A DNA stretch of 63,642 bases, filler included. It is 5 parts of 5 records of this genome, joined end to end, with 100 filler letters (N's around TTAATTAATTAA, not from the genome) between each part and the next. Parts side by side here need not be neighbours in the genome. Positions count along the whole stretch, not along the records: positions 58,395 to 63,642 come from SRR20825010_6735; 4 more parts are not named here. The stretch is one strand, 5' to 3'. Of the stretch, positions 60,722 to 63,642 are shown piece by piece. Position 1 is the first letter of the stretch, and every line of letters starts with the position of its first letter. Position numbers and translations under genes: made by a program. The notes under the pieces are model-generated. The model was not told where the DNA came from. It did not search any database and worked only from the letters and a program-made list of their open reading frames with translations.

Positions 60722-62451
60722 CTCCGCCAGGATCCGAAGCTGGAGATGTCGGTCGCCTCTTCGATGGCGATGCCTTCCGCAATGAAGCCGTTGACCTGGG
60801 AGCCGTCCTCAAGCCGGACCGTGCCGATGCCGAGCGGAGTCGGTACGCCATCGACGAAGCTGCCGAAGCCGGCGGCACTGAGCGCCCAGACCTCGACCTC
60901 GACAGAGACGCCTTGTGCCGGCGCCAGCCTGACCAGTCCCGGCTTTGGCGGCACTGTGCCTGAAAGCGCATAGAGCGCGTAGTCGGGAGCGGTGCGGGTT
61001 GCTGTGACCAGCCGAGCCTTGCGGCTTGTCAGTTCGTGATTGAGCGGCATTCCGCTCAGATGCGCGCCGACGACGCAGATCAGGAATTCGCCCGGACGGG
61101 AAGCAATTCCGTTTGCCTCGATCACACCGCTTTCGAGCCGCAGGGCCACCCCGGCAAGAAAGGCGTCGGACCCCGCCGGTCCGATCAGGGTGAGCGAAGA
61201 GGGAAGGCCATCGGAGCGTTCACCGGCCGGGACCGAGATCGCCGCCAAGTCGAGCAGATTGACGAAGTTGGTGTAGGTGCCGAGATTTGAATTGAGCTGC
61301 ACCGGATCGGCCTCGACTTCCGCCACGGTGTAGGCCGCCGGAAGCGTCGGCACGGCGAAACAGTCGAGCCGGTCGATGACCGGTGCGACCTGCCGCTTCA
61401 TGTCAGCCAGCTTGTAGATCGCATCGAAGGTGTCCACGGCAGAGATTTTCGAGGCGCCGCTGATGATCTTGTAAGTGACGGGGTGCAGCGCCGAGGGGTT
61501 GCTTTCGATCAGGTTCCTGACAGCATGATAGCGTTCGGCCACCCAGGGGCCTTCATAAAGCAGCCGTGCCACGGCGTGGAACGGTTCGAAATCGATCTCC
61601 TCGATCTCGCCTCCGAGCGCCGCAAGGGTTTCGAGATCGGCCTCGTAAGCGGCCTGTGCGGCGGCATCGCCAAAGAACTGCCGCTGATCGCGCCGTGGAA
61701 CGCCGACGGTGAAAGCTTTGCCCGGCGTAGCCACGCCCGCGCCAGGGAGTTGGCGCGACATGAAATCGGCCGCGTCGTAAGCTTGTGCCACGGAGGCTGC
61801 AAGCGCCGCATCCGCGGTTTTGGCGGCGAAGATCGAGATGGTGTCGAGCGTCCGGCAGGCGGGCATCATGCCGGTTGCCGACAGCATGCCAAGGCTCGGC
61901 TTCAGCCCGACAATCCCGTTGAGACCGGCGGGAATTCTCCCCGAGCCCGCGGTGTCGGTGCCGAGCGAAAAAGCGGCAATGCCGGCGCCGACGGCGACTG
62001 CGGACCCCGAACTCGATCCGCCCGGGATCAGGTCTTCGCGGATGCTGTTGCGCGGAACCCCATAGGGCGAGCGCACGCCAACCAGGCCGGTGGCGAACTG
62101 GTCGAGATTGGTCTTGCCGATACAGATCGCGCCGGCCGCCTCAAGCCTTGCGACCGCGAACGCCGATACCGTTGGTACATATTCGGCTTCCGGGCAGGCG
62201 GCAGTGGTTGGAAGACCGGCCACGTCGATGTTGTCCTTGACCGCGAAGGGCAGGCCAAAGAGCGGCTTTCCGGCCGGACCCTCGGCCTCCAGCCGCTTCG
62301 CATCTGCCAGGCAGTCGGCTTCATTCCGCAAGGTGATGAACATTGCCGGGTCGTTGTAAGCCGCGTGCGCACGGAAGGCATGGGTGACCGCATCGCTTGG
62401 CGACATCGCTTGCCAGAAGGCGAAATTCTTTGCGGTTTTGTGACTGTACAT
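60700..62451 (-). CDS. atzF: Allophanate hydrolase
   Basis: KDNIDV, KTNLDQFATGLVG, GGSSSGS, GTDTAGSGR, LGTYTNFVNLLD and C-terminal VGAHLSGMPLN. Confidence 0.94.
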   Translation of the reverse strand: MYSHKTAKNFAFWQAMSPSDAVTHAFRAHAAYNDPAMFITLRNEADCLADAKRLEAEGPAGKPLFGLPFAVKDNIDVAGLPTTAACPEAEYVPTVSAFAVARLEAAGAICIGKTNLDQFATGLVGVRSPYGVPRNSIREDLIPGGSSSGSAVAVGAGIAAFSLGTDTAGSGRIPAGLNGIVGLKPSLGMLSATGMMPACRTLDTISIFAAKTADAALAASVAQAYDAADFMSRQLPGAGVATPGKAFTVGVPRRDQRQFFGDAAAQAAYEADLETLAALGGEIEEIDFEPFHAVARLLYEGPWVAERYHAVRNLIESNPSALHPVTYKIISGASKISAVDTFDAIYKLADMKRQVAPVIDRLDCFAVPTLPAAYTVAEVEADPVQLNSNLGTYTNFVNLLDLAAISVPAGERSDGLPSSLTLIGPAGSDAFLAGVALRLESGVIEANGIASRPGEFLICVVGAHLSGMPLNHELTSRKARLVTATRTAPDYALYALSGTVPPKPGLVRLAPAQGVSVEVEVWALSAAGFGSFVDGVPTPLGIGTVRLEDGSQVNGFIAEGIAIEEATDISSFGSWRSYIASRS

Positions 62452-62523
62452 GCGGTGTCTGCCCCTTGTCCTGCGTCATTGTTGCATGGTGCCGGCAATT
62501 CCGGCATTGGCGAAATGGAAACA

Positions 62524-62539
62524 AGCAAGACACGCGCCA
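62524..62539 (-). promoter_or_regulatory. Sigma-54 (-24/-12) promoter for atzF
   Basis: TGGCGCGTGTCTTGCT on -, with exact GG-N10-GC spacing, about 70 nt upstream of the ATG. Confidence 0.7.
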
Positions 62540-62772
62540 CATGGCTCTGTTTTTCGCGGAACCTGCCGGCATGAGTGCCGGGAGTCTGCATTGTTTGATG
62601 CTTTGGTGTAGGCAATCCGCAAAGGGCGTCCAAAACCGATCTGGAGCGCTGCGGAACGAATTGTCTGGTGCACGACTGTGCTTGGATACGGCCAACTCCG
62701 AAACGGATTTTGGGGGCGAAAGGCCTGGCTGCGGCTTGCGCGTTCGATGAAGAACCCGGTTGTTTGGATGAT

Positions 62773-62789
62773 TGCCTTTATTTTAGGCG
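62773..62789. promoter_or_regulatory. Putative NtrC-type enhancer site
   Basis: TGCCT-TTATTTT-AGGCG, a 17-bp near-palindrome with an A/T core about 235 nt upstream of the sigma-54 site. Confidence 0.45.
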
Positions 62790-62906
62790 ATTGCAGGCGG
62801 ATTGGGTGATTGCTGATCGCCCCGGCAACAGCCTGACGCCCATGCGAACATTGGCGATGTTCGATCGGTTCAAGGCCGGTGACCGGACCAATCGGTCCGT
62901 CGGCGC

Positions 62907-63626
62907 CTATGGTCGCAGCGCGTCCGCCAACGACAGCGGTGCATTTTTCCGGTTGCTCAAGTCGAGCCCGGAATGCAGATCGACAATATGGCTGCGCATG
63001 ATTTCCTCTGCGGCCGCCGCGTCCCGCCTTTCGAAGGCTTTCATCAGCGCGTGATGGGAGTGGCTTTCGCAGGTCGTGTCGGCCCTGCGCCAGTAAAGCG
63101 CGATGATCAGCGAAGACCGTGAAATCAGCGCGTGGATAAAGCCGGTAAAGACGTCATGTCCGGCAATGTCGGCAATCTTGAGATGGAACCCGCCTGATAG
63201 CGCCAATGCCTGGCCCTTGTCGCCCGCATGCATCGCCGCGTGCTCTTCCTCAATGTGGGCGCGCAAGGCCTCAAGCGATTGATCGCTCATGCGCCTGGCT
63301 GCCATGGCCGCAACCCGGGGTTCGATCAGCCCGCGTGCCTCAAAAACCTCGTGCGCTTCCTTGGGCGTCGGACTGGCGATGAACGCACCGCGGTTTTTCT
63401 CGATGGTGACAAGCTGCGAATGGGCCAGCGCCTGCAGCGCGGAGCGGACGATGGTGCGGCTGACGCCGAAGATCTCGCCGACTTCATCTTCTGAAAGCTT
63501 TGTCCCCGGTGCGATCTTGTGTTCAAGAATGGCGCGCTGCAGGCCGGCAACGACCAGATCCGATCGGCTTGGCAACCCTGCTGTTCCTTGCGGTGCGTCT
63601 TGGGAAGGGCGAAGCACTTTGTTCAC
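62907..63626 (-). CDS. GntR-family regulator (FCD domain)
   Basis: PGTKLSEDEVGEIFGVSRTIVRSAL, NRGAF, FH and HSH. Confidence 0.9.
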   Translation of the reverse strand: MNKVLRPSQDAPQGTAGLPSRSDLVVAGLQRAILEHKIAPGTKLSEDEVGEIFGVSRTIVRSALQALAHSQLVTIEKNRGAFIASPTPKEAHEVFEARGLIEPRVAAMAARRMSDQSLEALRAHIEEEHAAMHAGDKGQALALSGGFHLKIADIAGHDVFTGFIHALISRSSLIIALYWRRADTTCESHSHHALMKAFERRDAAAAEEIMRSHIVDLHSGLDLSNRKNAPLSLADALRP

Positions 63627-63642
63627 TGTTGCATGCCTGGAG

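Noticed and set aside
1-63642. CRISPR arrays, tRNA/rRNA genes, transposases, prophage or defence genes
   Set aside because: None were recognised by eye. Intergenic spaces are short and show no regularly spaced repeats; covariance-model searches were not run.

Overview
This window is not one locus. It is five unrelated contigs joined by 100-nt N spacers carrying a TTAATTAATTAA linker (5460-5559, 19396-19495, 50147-50246, 58295-58394). (1) 1-5459, GC-rich Rhizobiales-like: argC end, heme A synthase, DUF2842, a GNAT and a Wzc/ExoP-like co-polymerase, probably the edge of the unipolar-polysaccharide locus. (2) 5560-19395, betaproteobacterial (Limnobacter-like): a selenium island with a SelD-associated oxidoreductase, senB, egtD, a PhnCDE-like putative selenate ABC transporter and a YHS (seleno)protein, followed by ATP-grasp, DUF547 and ndvB. 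(3) 19496-50146, AT-rich Cytophagales-like: TetR-ABC-HlyD-TolC, peptidases, an lgt-Omp85-barrel-HhH run, a MORN protein, fabH, a catalytically dead SRAP, pdhC, hslV, the miaB-lptE-secG cluster, proC and proB. (4) 50247-58294, Flavobacteriaceae-like: glycosyltransferases and a combined arg/pro operon. (5) 58395-63642, Rhizobiaceae-like: atzE/COG0212/hpxZ/GntR and atzF with a sigma-54 promoter. The best novel candidate is an unannotated 27-codon leader peptide ending TPTRRRP-stop. Its Arg/Pro codons and stop form a terminator-like hairpin directly upstream of the argA-like/argG/argC/proC/argD operon, suggesting an Arg/Pro-sensing attenuator. All family and taxonomic calls come from recognising motifs by eye; no searches were run.
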